Position numbers and translations under genes: made by a program
DNA from: Nemertoderma westbladi
Lineage: Eukaryota > Animalia > Xenacoelomorpha
DNA: 64,000 bases
Assembly: GCA_032718475.1 (NCBI GenBank)
Contig: JAUCBJ010000187.1
Span: 71,482 to 135,481, forward strand
Direction: 5' to 3'
Shown here: piece after piece, positions 34,802-48,094 of the stretch
How the letters are laid out: each line of letters starts with the position of its first letter
Numbering within the stretch: position 1 is the stretch's first letter
Notes under the pieces: model-generated
The model's database searches: none
What the model was told of the DNA's origin: nothing
The model's input: the letters and a program-made list of their open reading frames with translations, nothing else

Positions 34802-36056
34802 TGTTCGCGCTTTTGAAGACCTTTAGCAGTTTAACCTGCCAAAATTTATATGTCTTTTAGTTAATTAAAACAACTTTAGCATACGACAATATTTTATGCT
34901 AATACACAAAACATTACCCGAAGTCAGCCCATGCGCGATCATTCACCCGATGGATCTACACCCGGGAGACTGAATTCGGCTGCTTAAATTTTATTATTGC
35001 AGTGTAAGGTTGTAGTGTATACCTACTGTATTATTCGATAGATCGTTAATATATAATCTCTGACAGATATTATTGGCTTTCGGGAAATATTAACAGTTCC
35101 TTTAGGACGTGGCGCTTTATCTATTTAAACAGAACTAAGACTTATACTAAAACGCAACGATACTGCTTATGATTGAAGTATAAAGCGTATTCTTTAGGAA
35201 ATACTTTGTTACCAATCACAATCATACACACTATTCTGCCGACAGTCAGTATATTTGATCACACATAAAGAGAGCAGCAATTGACTCACGTAGGGTCTGC
35301 TAAATAACATTGGATTCAATACACACCACATTAATATAAATCGCAATTGTTATGTATAGCCGGTCTCTCTAACCTGTAGTGTATCAAGAAAATTGGGAAT
35401 TTGGGTGATTTATCCGTATTATCCAAAGAGCAATATTTCCATCAACAAATAGGTACAATTAATAACTGACGGTAAAATAACAGTACAGACAATATGATTA
35501 ATGCAATTAAATTAAGTGAGTATGTTAATCAGTGAGTTATTGAGTGATTTAAGTCAGATTCGATTCGGTAACAGTTTATACTTTCGATAATTTAAGCAGT
35601 TTTACTAGAGTTCTTAGAGCCGGTGTTTCTGGCTTAGACAGCAATAACAACAAAGTATCAAGTAAAAGCAGTAAGACTGAACACTCTCCTTATGATCGGC
35701 TGAAAAGCTACACGTCGACAGGAAAAATCGCTCTGATTGGCTCAAGCCAAACAAAGAACTATGCGTCCAATGGATGTTTCCATGTCAGCAACCAGCTGTT
35801 AGATGTCGTAATATGAATCATCACGGCTAAGCTGTGAAAGGTAGTTGGTGCATTACAGGTTTTTTGCCTTACCATGTCCGCTAAAACACGTATATAGCAG
35901 AATGACTTTTATGTCCGTTAAAACACCTGTAACGGTACCTTGCGGGCGAGGGGAATATATATACAGTTAGAGAACCTTTTTAGAGTATTCCAGCGCCTGG
36001 GGGGAAACTGGATTGCGAAGCAAAGGGGCCAGTTATATCCCACAGAAGCTTTTACA
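34802..36056 (-). mobile_element. Solo family-B LTR nested inside element C
   Basis: TG...CA ends; 5-bp TSD GTTGG (34797-34801 and 36057-36061); empty site visible in the homologous region near 11715-11740. Confidence 0.9.
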
Positions 36057-37050
36057 GTTGGAGATTCTCGCACTCTAATACACTCAATAGGATGAATCTC
36101 CGCTCCCGTGATCTATTAATTAATGGAATTTTGGGAATGTTATAAATTGTACAAAATGACAATTTATGAAATTCATTTAAAAATATGAATTTAAATTTAT
36201 TCCCGTGAATTTTATTATTTGATGTTAAAATTGACACAATTTGATTCCAGAGCAGGTCTGGGGGCCTAGGATCCTTAATTCTATGACAATTGTCCTTTAA
36301 GAGTATCGGTAAGTGCTGCGATATCTTAATTGACTAGAAATTTAAAGGATCTGAATTTTACAGATTTTTACTAAATATTAAATTAATATTTAAGATGGGC
36401 ACCGATTTATTCCAGAACTTGTCTGGGGACTTTAACCACTGATTCTAGAATTTGTCTTTCAAGTATATCGGTGGGTGCCGCGATATCTTAATCGACTAGA
36501 ATTACAGATGGTCAAAAAGTTTAACAGATTTATTTGCGTTTTACGCTACTGTTAGAGGGACATCACGCTACTATATGTATTATTTAATATAAGGTAGAAG
36601 AGCAATATCGCACGAAGCAATGTCAGTGTGAAGAGGCAAGTCGTTTCCAAGGTCTACCCAGAGCTTGGTTTAGCCGAGACACGAGGATCTGAACTTTGCA
36701 TTCCTAATACTCTGCCTACCAATAATACTTAAGTATAGTAGGAGCTTTATTGTACTTTAATAAGTACGGACATTTCATCTTACTGTAGTCACGTATTTAT
36801 AATATGATACGGACAGTAAGGAAAGAGAAAAATAATTATTTCTCGCCGTCACACTAAATATATTATAAGTAATTACGTACGTAATAAACACTAATATATT
36901 GCACTAATCTACTAAATAATCACTAAAATAACATTCTACTAAATAAAATTAAAGGAAACGATTATAATAAAATTACATAATAATACATACATAAATATAA
37001 AATAAAAACAAATATAAAATGATATAGTCACACGCCCACTCCACATGCTA

Positions 37051-40000
37051 TCACGTTATGGAGTCCCTAGATATTTGTCGGATTAGGGAAGTAGTCGTAG
37101 GAAGAGTATCTTGCCTTCCATAGTTTCCGGACAGTTTTCGGTCTCTTTCCAGTAAATATAAACGACTAGCTGGGCGATTGAGTTGTTGTGTTACTTTCTC
37201 CGCTCCCTTGGCCTGTCTAACCTCCGCCGTGGTAAGATGAGGAGGCCATTCTTCTTCTTCTTTACTTAAGAAGTCGGATCCACCTAACCAGCATGGAGTA
37301 TCTATCAGTTCTTGAGGAGTTGCTCCTCTGGAAGCGATGTCGGCTGGATTAATCGTCCCAAGGCAATGTCTCCATTGATCTACATTGGAGTTAATATCGT
37401 CATTATCTGAGGAGTATGGTGTTCCCTCAGTTGGATCGTCCACATCACTGCTCTCCACTTCCCATTCCTTTACTTGGTATACCTGTTGTTGAGGTAATCT
37501 CTCTTTGAGAGTTCTGTGGGAAGGGCCAGTGAAGTACCAACCTACTCTAGTTCTTACCGCATAGGTTTGCAGTGGCTGCGGTTGAGCAGGCCGTTTCTCC
37601 AATGTCTCTAGCGCCTCATGCGCGTTTTGGCCGATGAGTATTTGCACTCCAGGATAATCTGTGTGGAATCGAGGTATCTTAAGCTGCTGGATGCTCTCGT
37701 CCTCGTCCCAGTTATAAGGTTCTACCTGGGTAGTGGCGAAGTTCTTTATAGCCACCATTTTTACTGACCTTTTATACCTTGTGCTCCTAATTTATCCTGG
37801 GGGGTGGACAATGCACCTACATAGTAATCTGCCGTTATGGTAGATTTCCAAACCTGCATAATTCCTGACATATCCAACTTAGTTCGGAATTTGGGTTGTC
37901 CAGCAAAGATATCTTCGGCTAGTTCTTGATCGATGAATGTTCCTGTGCTGCCGGAGTCAAGGAGGGCGTTCACTATGTAACTTTTGTTAGGACCGTGAAC
38001 TCTTACCTGCACTACAGGAAATTCTCTGATTCCTACGTTGGAAGTTGGAGCTTTCCAAGATGGTTGTCTGTCAAAGGTAGTTGGGGGGAACTCATTGTCG
38101 GTGTCCTTTTCGTAAGTAAGTGCTCGATACACCGCGGTATTAATTAGGTAACAGGATTCGTTGGCGTCGGAGAATTCGTCAGTATAGAATCCTTCCATCT
38201 CAGACTCTTGATCAGTGTCATTTACATCACTGAATTGGACATGTAGTTTGGGCTCACTTACCTGACTCGGGTTGTCTCGTTCGAACTCACTGTGTAACAA
38301 GATGTGATGTTTCGCGCCACACTTTGCACACTTTACGTCGGAGTAACAGGTTCGCCGTTGGTGTCCTGATCTGAGGCAATTATAGCATAACCGCTTATTC
38401 CACAGGACTGTACGTCTGTCTACAAGGGATTTCTTTAGAAATTCAGCACACGCACTCAAACGGTGGGGCCCGTCGCACAGTGTACATTTTGGTTTGATGT
38501 TACTCACTTTACCTTGGGTAACTTGATGCACTCTCGTTCTTTCTTCGGGCTTTCTTCCGTGAATTCTCTTAGGAGACGTAGGAGGAGTTGTTGTTACCTG
38601 TTCTCTCCTGTCACTGGTTCGAGACTTGTATTTACTTACGTCTTTATAGGTCTTGTTGTCGTAGTAAGATTTTGCTGTGTCTTTCCCGCTGTCCTCTTCT
38701 TGAAAAGCTTGGCTTTCGCCGTCGTCAGTATAACACACCGGTATTATCCTTCTCCTAGAAACGGGTTTCTCACTTACCTTATTTTCCGATGTTTTCTCTC
38801 TGGACTGCTTTATGAGTTGTAATTTTACTTCACTATCTAAGAAGGACATGAGATCAGCCATGGTAGGGCTTCGTCGTTGCTGTTCATTCATATACAACAC
38901 TTTCTTGTCCCAGCGTGTACATACTCCACCCTTTGGTAAAGTAGAGACTACGGCTCCAATAACCATGGAACTCTGATATTCATGAGACTTACCTAACCAG
39001 TCCAATTGTCTACAGATTTCCTGAATCTCATCGGAAAACTCTATAATACCGCTACTAAGGAAGTTTCGGGGGGCTACTAATTTTGCATACAAATACTTAG
39101 CTATGTTATCCTTGTTACCATACCTGATGTTTAATGTATCCCAAACTTGTCTTAATCCTTCTGGATGTCCAATAAACTTTAACGCCATTAACTTGGGAGG
39201 TCCTTCCAAGCACTTGATGAGGAACCTAAGTTTCTCTCCGTTAGATAGCACAGAGTTCTGTATGCTGTCTTTGTAATATTCGTTGAAAGGTAACCATTTC
39301 ATCTCATCTCCATTGAATTTGACGATCTCTCCCACTTTAACCGCTTGGCGGGCTTCTGTTCTAGCCATCTGACGCGTAAAGCTTTCTTGGGCCATCGTGT
39401 TATTTAATATCGAATTATCGGTATATAAATTTCTCGGATCATTGATAGGTCTATAGGGAATATCATTAACAACAGGTCTATAATCACCCTTAATAGGGTT
39501 TGCTATAGGAGTTTCTACTTCACTAGCAGTATAGATGCGTGTACGCTCCACACCTTGCGCATGTAATACTTCAGACCTAACAGGTTGACACAATGTTACA
39601 GGGGGTATTGGTATACTCTTTTGTATATTGACTAAGTTGTCGCGTTCTAGCGCGATACTTTGCTGCACTTCTTGCAATTCTACCCTACTTTCCCTTAATG
39701 TTCCCTTGAGTTGGTGGACAGTCTCCTGCATCTGCCCGAGCAGGAGATTCATCCCCCGCCGTCCCTCCTCTACCCACTCGACCGCCGAAGCGGGAGTCAC
39801 CAACATTGTAGCGGGCAGACGCGGGACGACGGGAGACAAATCTTTGATTTCTCTCTCGGCGTCCAGGACAGGGAGGTTCTCATGGACTGTTCTACCGGGT
39901 ACAGGCAGTGTAGTACTGTGTAGAGGGAATTTAGAGTTAAGCTCTGGAAGTACAGGGGTCTATAGCACAGGAGTGGCTTTTGGAACGACAGGCCTAATTA

Positions 40001-41213
40001 TTTCAGGCTCATCAACTATTGTAGGGAGTCTTGTGACCTGAATAATTTGTTCTGTGGGTTCTGTACTACCTAAGTCTGTGCTAGCTAGTTGTCTTCTGAC
40101 AGCTGGGGGCAAATCAGGCAGTTTATGACGGTGAGATGTTTTTCTACGCCTGCTTAGACGAGATCTATTTCCTCCGCCTTCAGGATCGGTGGTCTCGCCT
40201 TCCTCCGATGATGTGTATCCTTGGCGCTTGGGAGTAGATCGACTCATCATCTGCATTTGATTAGCAGTTAACTGTTTATTTATGTTGTCTTGCGTCTCTT
40301 GCAGATTTTCCAACTCCAGTTGGGTAATCTCCTCAGACGCTCTCCGTTCTGCTTCTGCCACTGCCTTTGCTGCTTTTCTTTCTGCTTCTGCTTCTGCCGC
40401 CGCTGCCTTTCTTTCTGCTTCTGCTGCTTTTCTTTCTACTTCTGCTTCTGCTGCCGCTGCCTTTCTTTCCACTTCTGCTTCTGCCATTGCCGCTGCTACT
40501 GCTGCTGCCTTTCGGTCCTCTATCAGTTTTTTCTTTACTTGTTCTTCTTGGACTCTAGCGAGGCGGAGATTTTCATCAAATTTAGCTTGGTTTGCAGCTA
40601 ACATTTCCGCATCGATTGCGTCCAACACAAGCTTGGTTCCTTCACTATTAGGGCGAAGTCCAGACAGTCGTCTCCTCAACTCTTCGTCTCCTAGGAATCG
40701 CTGATAGTCTGACAGATAGATGTCAATGGCGTCTCTAGTTCGCGGCTTCTATGCTGCTGTTAATTCGCTTTCCACTTCGCTTTCCACTTCGCTTTCCACT
40801 TGAGAAGAAGTGGCGTCGGTTTATTCTTCATAGTTTGGCCGCTCATCATAAACCGTATCCGCCATCTTCGCTCCGCGTTCAGGCGTCCGCTCAACAGTAT
40901 CCGAACTACTGGAGCTATTGGGCCGCTGAGAACTAGGTTCTTGGCTAGGAGGTTGCTGCTGTTTTATAGCTGCTTCTTGATCCCGCTTGACTTGGGCCCG
41001 AGTGCCTATGGCAGACCAACGGCGCTTCACTAACTTCGCAAATTGCGAAATCGCTTCTACCAACCTAGGTTCTGACACAACCACTGCAGGAGTTGCCCTT
41101 CTTACAGTATGAGGGGTTTCAGACCTCGGTCTGGGATTCTCTATACTGTGATCTGAGAAACAGGCTGTTGTTTCTAGGAGACTATCTGACAGAGTTTGCC
41201 TTGTGTCAGCCAT
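37051..41213 (-). pseudogene. gag: Element C gag-protease with in-frame stops and a frameshift; RT, most of RNase H and integrase deleted
   Basis: KFNGDEMKW..EKLRFLIKCLEG, triple knuckles, ALLDSGSTGTFI, ILIG..TRVGW..GP, then jumps to WRH..NPADIASRG and to NRPASRLYLLE. Confidence 0.9.
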
Positions 41214-42463
41214 GTTTGATTGTACAGTTGAATGCCTACTGCTATATTACAGTTAAAGAAAGTCTAGTAATTCAGTATCACTGTTAGCCTCACAATTAAT
41301 TACCGATACTGCTACTCAGTGTAGCGTGATATATATAATATATTAGAATACCGGTATGCAGCTTACACTTATAGTATATAAGTATAATTCTGGACTAGAA
41401 TTAATTACAGAGTACCGGTATGATTTCAGCCTAAATTTATAGAATAAATATAATAAGCCTATTGTAAATACCGGTATGTCAATTATTTTAAAATAATTGA
41501 ATTTCTGAATGTTAGGGGTTACTTGGTTACTTTACTTACTTTATTACCGTTATTTGAGCAGCAGTCCAACTGATATTAAGACCTAAGTGTTGTATAACAG
41601 GCCTACTATTTTATTAATAGATTTAGTGGATTTATATGTACCCTTATGAGGGGTTTTGTTACAATATTGAAATAGATGTTACTATTTCTGGGGGGAGTCA
41701 CTACACAGAAGCTGTGCGCTCTTAGTGGAGTGCTACTTATTGGACACTAAAAACAGATAATTCTAATTTACCTAAGTTACTTAATACTACAAATTACTTA
41801 CGATACGGGTGAGATTAATTCTCTAATTAAACACAACAAAAATATTACGTACGAAATTTTTAGGGTAATTTTACAGGAAGTCTACAAACCAGCCTAACAA
41901 AGGGTTAGATTTCTGGTTATTACAACGGACAGGGTACTACGGTATTTGAAATAATAAGTAGTAGTAAATATATTGCACTGTCCAGATAGGAAAATACCAC
42001 CGCCTGACGACCTATAGCCGTATCGCTATAGGTACTACGTTATGTATCACGGAGTGTTCCTACCTAGAAGTTAATTACCGCGGACTACCAGATCCAACGT
42101 GCCTATTAACCACTTTACAACACAAATATACTGCCTACACACTAATTACCTCGGAAAGCACTGTACACTAAACCCTAAATTAGGTACAAGTACTGGTACA
42201 ACAAATAATCAGTAGTTAAATATACTTGAACAGTTAAAAGAACCACGGCATCTGCTGGAGTGACCGAAGCACAAAGTCACCAGTCTTTTCCTACGCCAAG
42301 CAGCCCGTGTAGTACCGGGGTTAATTTAACTATAACGGTATGTGTAACAAACACAATTACTGTAGGAATAAACTTGGGGACATGAATGGTGCGAATAATC
42401 GCATAAACTCTGAATAATAAATATTACGCTACCCGTACAGAATACTCAAACAAAATACAAACC

Positions 42464-43290
42464 AAACGCTGGCAGACTACCACCAAGCCTAAATAAACTA
42501 CTGTATGTGCAGATTCCAAAACGGTTAGTTAGTATGCGTTCTAACACGGTAGTACGACTTATTCTTTAAGAGGGGATTGACCTTACAGCTATGGCTGCCC
42601 CAACTTACTAACTAGCACTTTATCAGACAAACTCTACACACGCAGCAATCTCTTCAGACCTAATAATAGCTAGACAACAATCCAGCCTACAAAATATCTG
42701 AGTAATAACTATTACGGTACCTGAACAGACCACACAAACAAACACAGGCCAAAACGCTGGCAGAATACCGTCAAGCCTAAATAAACTACAGTATGTGCAG
42801 ATTCCAAAATGGTTAGTTAGTATGCATTCTAACACGGTAGTACGACTTATTCTTTAAGAGGGGATTGACCTTACAGCTATGGCTGCCCCAACTTACTAAC
42901 TGGCACTCTATCGGACAAACTCTACACACGCAGTAATCTCTCCAAACCCAACAACAATCCGACAACAGTCCGGCCTACAATTATCTGAACAATCTGAGCA
43001 GACTTACACGTCTTCAGCTCAATATTAACTTACATGTAAATAAAACTGACAGAAATAAGTAAGCTCCAAAAGAAACAAGGGGTGTACAGTCCCTAATCTC
43101 TTAAACAGCCTACCGGTATGCAATAATCAAATCGAATAATACTAATGTACTTATACTGGAAGTACCGGTTAGGACAGTTGGGCCTACGGACCTACAGAAG
43201 TACCGGTTCTGGCAGTTGAACCTACGGACCTACAGTAGTACCGGTTCTGGCAGTTGGGCCTACTGACCTACAGAAGTACCGGTTCAGGTT
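42464..43290. repeat. Leader repeats of element C: 288-bp duplication and about 3.5 copies of a 38-bp unit
   Basis: Long units at 42464 and 42752; AGTACCGGTT-headed units at 43161, 43199, 43237 and 43275. Confidence 0.85.
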
Positions 43291-43351
43291 TTACCGGTCG
43301 ACCGGTACTTTCAACTTTATTGCTTACTGCAATAAAGTCAATGACTGTTAT

Positions 43352-44596
43352 TGTACGCGCTTTTGAAGACCTTTAGCAGTTTAACCTGCCAAAATTTATA
43401 TGTCTTTTGGTTTATAAATATACTTTAGAAGATGACAAATATTTAATACCAATAAACACAACATTAGCAGAAGCCAGCCTAGTGCGCGTCCATTCACCCG
43501 CTGGATATTCCCGGGAGACTGGATTCTGAGGGCTTAGATTATTATTGCAGTGTAAGCTTACTGTACTGTATTATTCGATTGATCGTTAATAATTAATTTC
43601 TGACTAATATTATTCACTTTCGGGAAATATTAACAGTTCCTTTAGGACGTGGCGCTCTATCTAGGTAAACAGAGATATGACTTATACTAATCACAACGGT
43701 AAGTCGGTAAGGCTTATGATTCACGTATGAGGCGCATTCTTTAGGAAATGCTTAGTTATCAATCACAATCATGCACACTACCGGTAACACACAATACTGC
43801 CCACTAATTTGCCGACCGTCAATGATTTTTATCATATATAAAGCGAACAGCAATTGACTCATGTAGGGCTTACCAAATAGCATTAAATTCACTACAAACC
43901 ACAACAATATAAGTCGCAATCGCTATATATAACCCGTCTCTCTAACCTGTAGTGTATCAAGAAAATTGGGAAATTTGGGTTCCTTATATATGTTCTCCAA
44001 ATAATATTCAACCAAAACACAACAGTAAACAGCATTAAGACGGTAGGTTAAGATATGATATGACAATGTATGTGCCGATTGAGTCGATAACAGTTATACG
44101 CTCTATAATCTTAAGCCTACTAATGTTTCTTCTAAAGTATGAAAACGAATTGACTCTAGAGCCGTTGTTCCTGGCCTAGATAGCAATGACACAACAGTAT
44201 CACAAAAAACAGTAAGACTGAACACTCTCCTTATGATCGGCCGAAAAGCTACACGTCGACAGGAAAAATCGCTCTGATTGGCTCAAGCCAAACAAAGAAC
44301 CATGCGTCCAATGGCTGTTTCCATGTCAGCAACCAGCTGTTAGATGTCGTAATATGAATCATCACGGATAAGCTGTGAAAGGTATTTGGTGCATTGCAGG
44401 TTTTTTGCCTTACCATGTCCGCTAAAACACGTATATAGCAGAATGACTTTTATGTCCGTTAAAACACCTGTAACGGTACCTTGCGGGCGAAGGGAATATA
44501 TGTACAGTTAGAGAACCTTTTAGAGTATTCCAGCGCCTGGGGGGAAACTGGATTGCGAAGCAAAGGGGCCAGTTATATCCCACAGAAGCTTTTACA
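43352..44596 (-). repeat. 5' LTR of element C
   Basis: 1245 bp with TG...CA ends, upstream of gag on the minus strand. Confidence 0.95.
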
Positions 44597-44999
44597 AAAA
44601 TATTCTCACATTCGACATATTCCGCCCAGTAAATTCCGTCCAGTGTTTCTGTGATAAGTGAACGCCGAGTGCTAGACCACCCGCACTCATTTTGAGTAGC
44701 TTAGGGAGCCGATTCGGGTTTATTGTTTTGGTTATTCCTGCGTGGCTCATAGATTCGAACAGTTAGCTCTCTGTTGAGCAATCAACAGAGAAAGGAGCGA
44801 GTGATTGTCAGAGCCGCATAGTCAATAATAGTAAAATATTTTAGCAGACGGCTCTGCTTGCGCTGTACAGTAAGAAACAGTTGGTGTTTGCTGTATCGCT
44901 TAACAGTAGGGCTTAGATATGTTATGTATGTACAGTATTTGTAAAAATAAATTAAAGCGAAATATTCTCGTTGGGCAGATAATAATGGGACCTTAGCTT

Positions 45000-47900
45000 T
45001 TTGTCGAAGTTCTGTACCTGTCGTATCCCTTATTTTTTCCCAAATATTAAGCGAAGTGCATAATTTTGTACCTTTTCAAATTTATACAGTATGTCCTTGT
45101 AACCATGTTTGCCATGCAATGATACCAGTAATTGACTACAGTAGTTATGATATGGTAATGTTAGAGCTATGTATATTTTTAATTTTGTTCTATTAGTTAA
45201 TTGCCCCTTAATACTGCGTAAACTAGAAATGCTCAAGGTCATCTTTTGTAATATATTATCTATATAATTCTCCCATTGCAATTTGTTATCTATTTCTACT
45301 CCTAAGTACTACTACTACTACTACTACTAGGTCGAGCGAACTCGGACAGTGGAAATGAGATCCTTCCAGGCTTCCCGATTCTCCATAGTTGTCGCAATTT
45401 CGTTTCTCCCAAGTTCAGTATCCCTTTCAAGTTGATCTATATATGTTATGGCAGGTCGTCCACGACTACGCTTTCCATGAGTTGGTTGCCAGAGAAGTAG
45501 ATCTGGTATGACCTCGTCTTTACTTCGCCAGCAGTGCCCACTGAATCTTAATCTGCGTTCACGGAGGGTGGTTGATACAGGTGGTATTGTACCATAAAGC
45601 TCGGCGTTTGTCATGTGTTGTCTCCAGCTGATATTTAGGGCTGCCCTTAGTAGTCTTGTGTAGCAACCATCAATTCGTTGTTCAAGTGATTTAGTCAGTG
45701 TCCACTGTCCAGGTCTCACCCCGTATAAAAATACACTTTCCACTGTGGCTCGAAAGAACTTAGTCTTCAGGTGCCTGGAGAGATCTGATTTCCAGATGGT
45801 ATCCATTTTTGATAGAGCTACCCAAGGCTTTGCTTTCCTAACTTCTATGTCCTTTTTGCTACTCTCTATCCATGATCCAAGGTACTGGAAGTCATCGACC
45901 TTCCTTAGTTGATTATTATCAATCTTGGTAGCATTTATATGCAATCCAACCTCCTTAGCAGCCCTCTCCACTTTATTTAGTAGAAGCTGTGCATCTGCTA
46001 GCGTATTAGAGAGCAGGGCGATGTCATCCGCAAAGTTGGTGTCTGTGACTGTAGTTGCCGGATATCTACTACTTCTGCGTTCTTGAAGTGTGAATCCCAG
46101 ATCTTCACCCTTTGTGGCCGTCCTCATTGCGTAATCCAGCACAATTACAAATAGTAATGGTGCTAATGTGTCACCTTGCAGTACGCCAGCCAGCCAGGAT
46201 TGAGAAAAACTCAGTTTCACCATCTGGTGAGAGTACCTGCGCTTCTGTGTCACAATATAACAATCCAATGCCAGCAACAATTACTTCTGGTATTCCATAA
46301 GCTCTTAGGATTTCGAGCATTTTACCTCTATGGATGGAGTCGAATGCCTTCTTGAAGTCCACAAAAGTCATGACTGCGGGGAGATTCTTTGACTTAATTC
46401 CTTCAATCAGTCTCCGTAGTGCAAGTATCTGAGCTATTGTTGATCTACTTGGTCGAAATCCGTTTTGGCTCTTACGCAGTAGTTTCTCTATGTGAGGCCT
46501 AATCCTATATAGAATCATTTTATTGTATATTTTGGCAGCTACCACAAGCAGACAGATCCCACGATAGATTGTTGGTATGCCGAGGTCTCCTTTCTTGGGG
46601 AGAGGCTTTAGTTGACCTTTAGTCCAAATTGGTGGTGGCTTTTCCCCTTTTAACATCCGGTTGCAAACATTCAATAATGGTCTATTTAGCACTCCGGTTT
46701 TCCATACCTCCGCTGGGATTTCATCTAATCCACTCGCTTTATTATTGGACATGCTTTTAATGCTTCTTTGGAGTTCGGCAGGTGTGAAGTCCCCTGTTTC
46801 TATAGGTAGTGTCTTGTCATATATTTTCCTTGTAGGGCTTACCTCGATGTTTGGTGGCTGCCCAAGCAAGTTGCTGAAGTGATTTTTCCACTTCCCAACA
46901 CGTTCTTCAGGACTATCGGCTTTGAGGCGCCCCTTTGCACAACTTTTCCGACCAGATACCTCATTTACAGTTTGCCAGGTAAGTCTTGATTGTTGCTGTA
47001 TGTGAGCAGTTGTAATTAATTGCTTCAGTTTTATCCTGTTTGTACTTTTCCTGGCTGATGTTGTAGGCCAATTTAAGATCGTCCTTAGCTTTCTCAACCT
47101 TGTTAATGTTTTCGGTTGTTGGTTGTTCGGTTTTAACTTTGTAGGCTATCTTACAGTAAGATCTTCTCTCTTACAAGTAACCTCAGAGTTTTGCCATTGC
47201 ACAATACTGTTTTCGTTTAGGTTTCTGGGGGATATGCCTCTTAGCTGATTCCTTGTGGGTTGTTATTATATTCTGGTATATTGAATCGGTGGATTGGTCT
47301 TCATCCATTGACTGAAGTGCTTCAAAGCGGTTTTGAACTTCTACTGTATAAGCATCCTTTACAGCATTGTCAGTTCTGAGTTTCTGAGTTCTGAGACTCC
47401 TAAGTACTTTACTGAATTTGATTGGCTTATCGGTATTGCAGTTCCAACATTTAGTTCTATTTGATCAGATGTGTTTCGTTCTTTAGGGGATAAAAGTAAG
47501 AATTCTGTTTTTGATGGATTAAGTTTAAGGTGGTGAAGTCTGAATGTATCATTTAGTTTTATAACTTCCTGTTCCAATTTTTGTGATTCTCTTTTTGGAT
47601 TTTTGTCTGTTGTAAATATAACTGTATCGTCCGCATATTGTATCAAATCTGTGGTGCTGCTTATTTTTTTGGAATGTCGTTTGTATAGAGAGTAAATAAT
47701 AAAGGACCTAAAATTGTACTCTGTGGAACCCGTCTTAGTTCTGTTTTCCAGTTGGACTTTGTGTTTTGTAATTTTACCCTTTGTTGTCGTTGATTGAGAT
47801 AGCTTCTGATTAATGATATTGCCGTTTTGTGGAATCCCATGTCGGTCAGTCTGTGTAATATTATTTCCCTGTTTATGGAATTGAAGGCCTTGCTGAGATC

Positions 47901-48090
47901 CGAGAATCCAACAGCTACGTATTCCCCCTTATTTAACTTTTCTCTCCAGTATTCAGTCAAGTAAGTTATGGCATCTACTGTAGAGTACCCCTTCCGAAAG
48001 CCAAACTGTTTACAGTAAAGCATATTGTTTGGTCTATGTACCTAACTATTTGATTAAATATTGCCCGTTCAAATACTTTAGTTAATGTTA
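45000..48090 (-). mobile_element. Degenerate L2/Crack-like LINE RT fragment interrupted by an RTE element
   Basis: QFGFRKGYST, DLSKAF, VPQSTILGPLLF, QYADDT; VKYLG|VEIDNKLQW is split by the insertion. Confidence 0.85.
45311..47395 (-). mobile_element. 5'-truncated RTE-type LINE with frameshifted RT
   Basis: DFKKAFDSI, GVLQGDTLAPLLF, FADDIALL, GKRSRGRP; (TAG)n tail directly after the stop; TSD ACTCCTAAGTACT at 45298-45310 and 47396-47408. Confidence 0.9.
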
Positions 48091-48094
48091 TATC

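Larger units (their letters stand above)
31390..44596 (-). mobile_element. Complete non-autonomous family-B BEL/Pao LTR retrotransposon 'C'
   Basis: Two 1245-bp TG...CA LTRs; 5-bp TSD AAAAT (31385-31389 and 44597-44601); PPT GGGAGCGG (minus) at 32635-32642; gag-protease, deleted pol, accessory gene. Confidence 0.95.

Noticed and set aside
40282-40704. Hydrophobic plus-strand ORFs (also 351-773, 2963-3247, 22572-23117, 39628-40041)
   Set aside because: Antisense shadows of repetitive gag or pol coding sequence.
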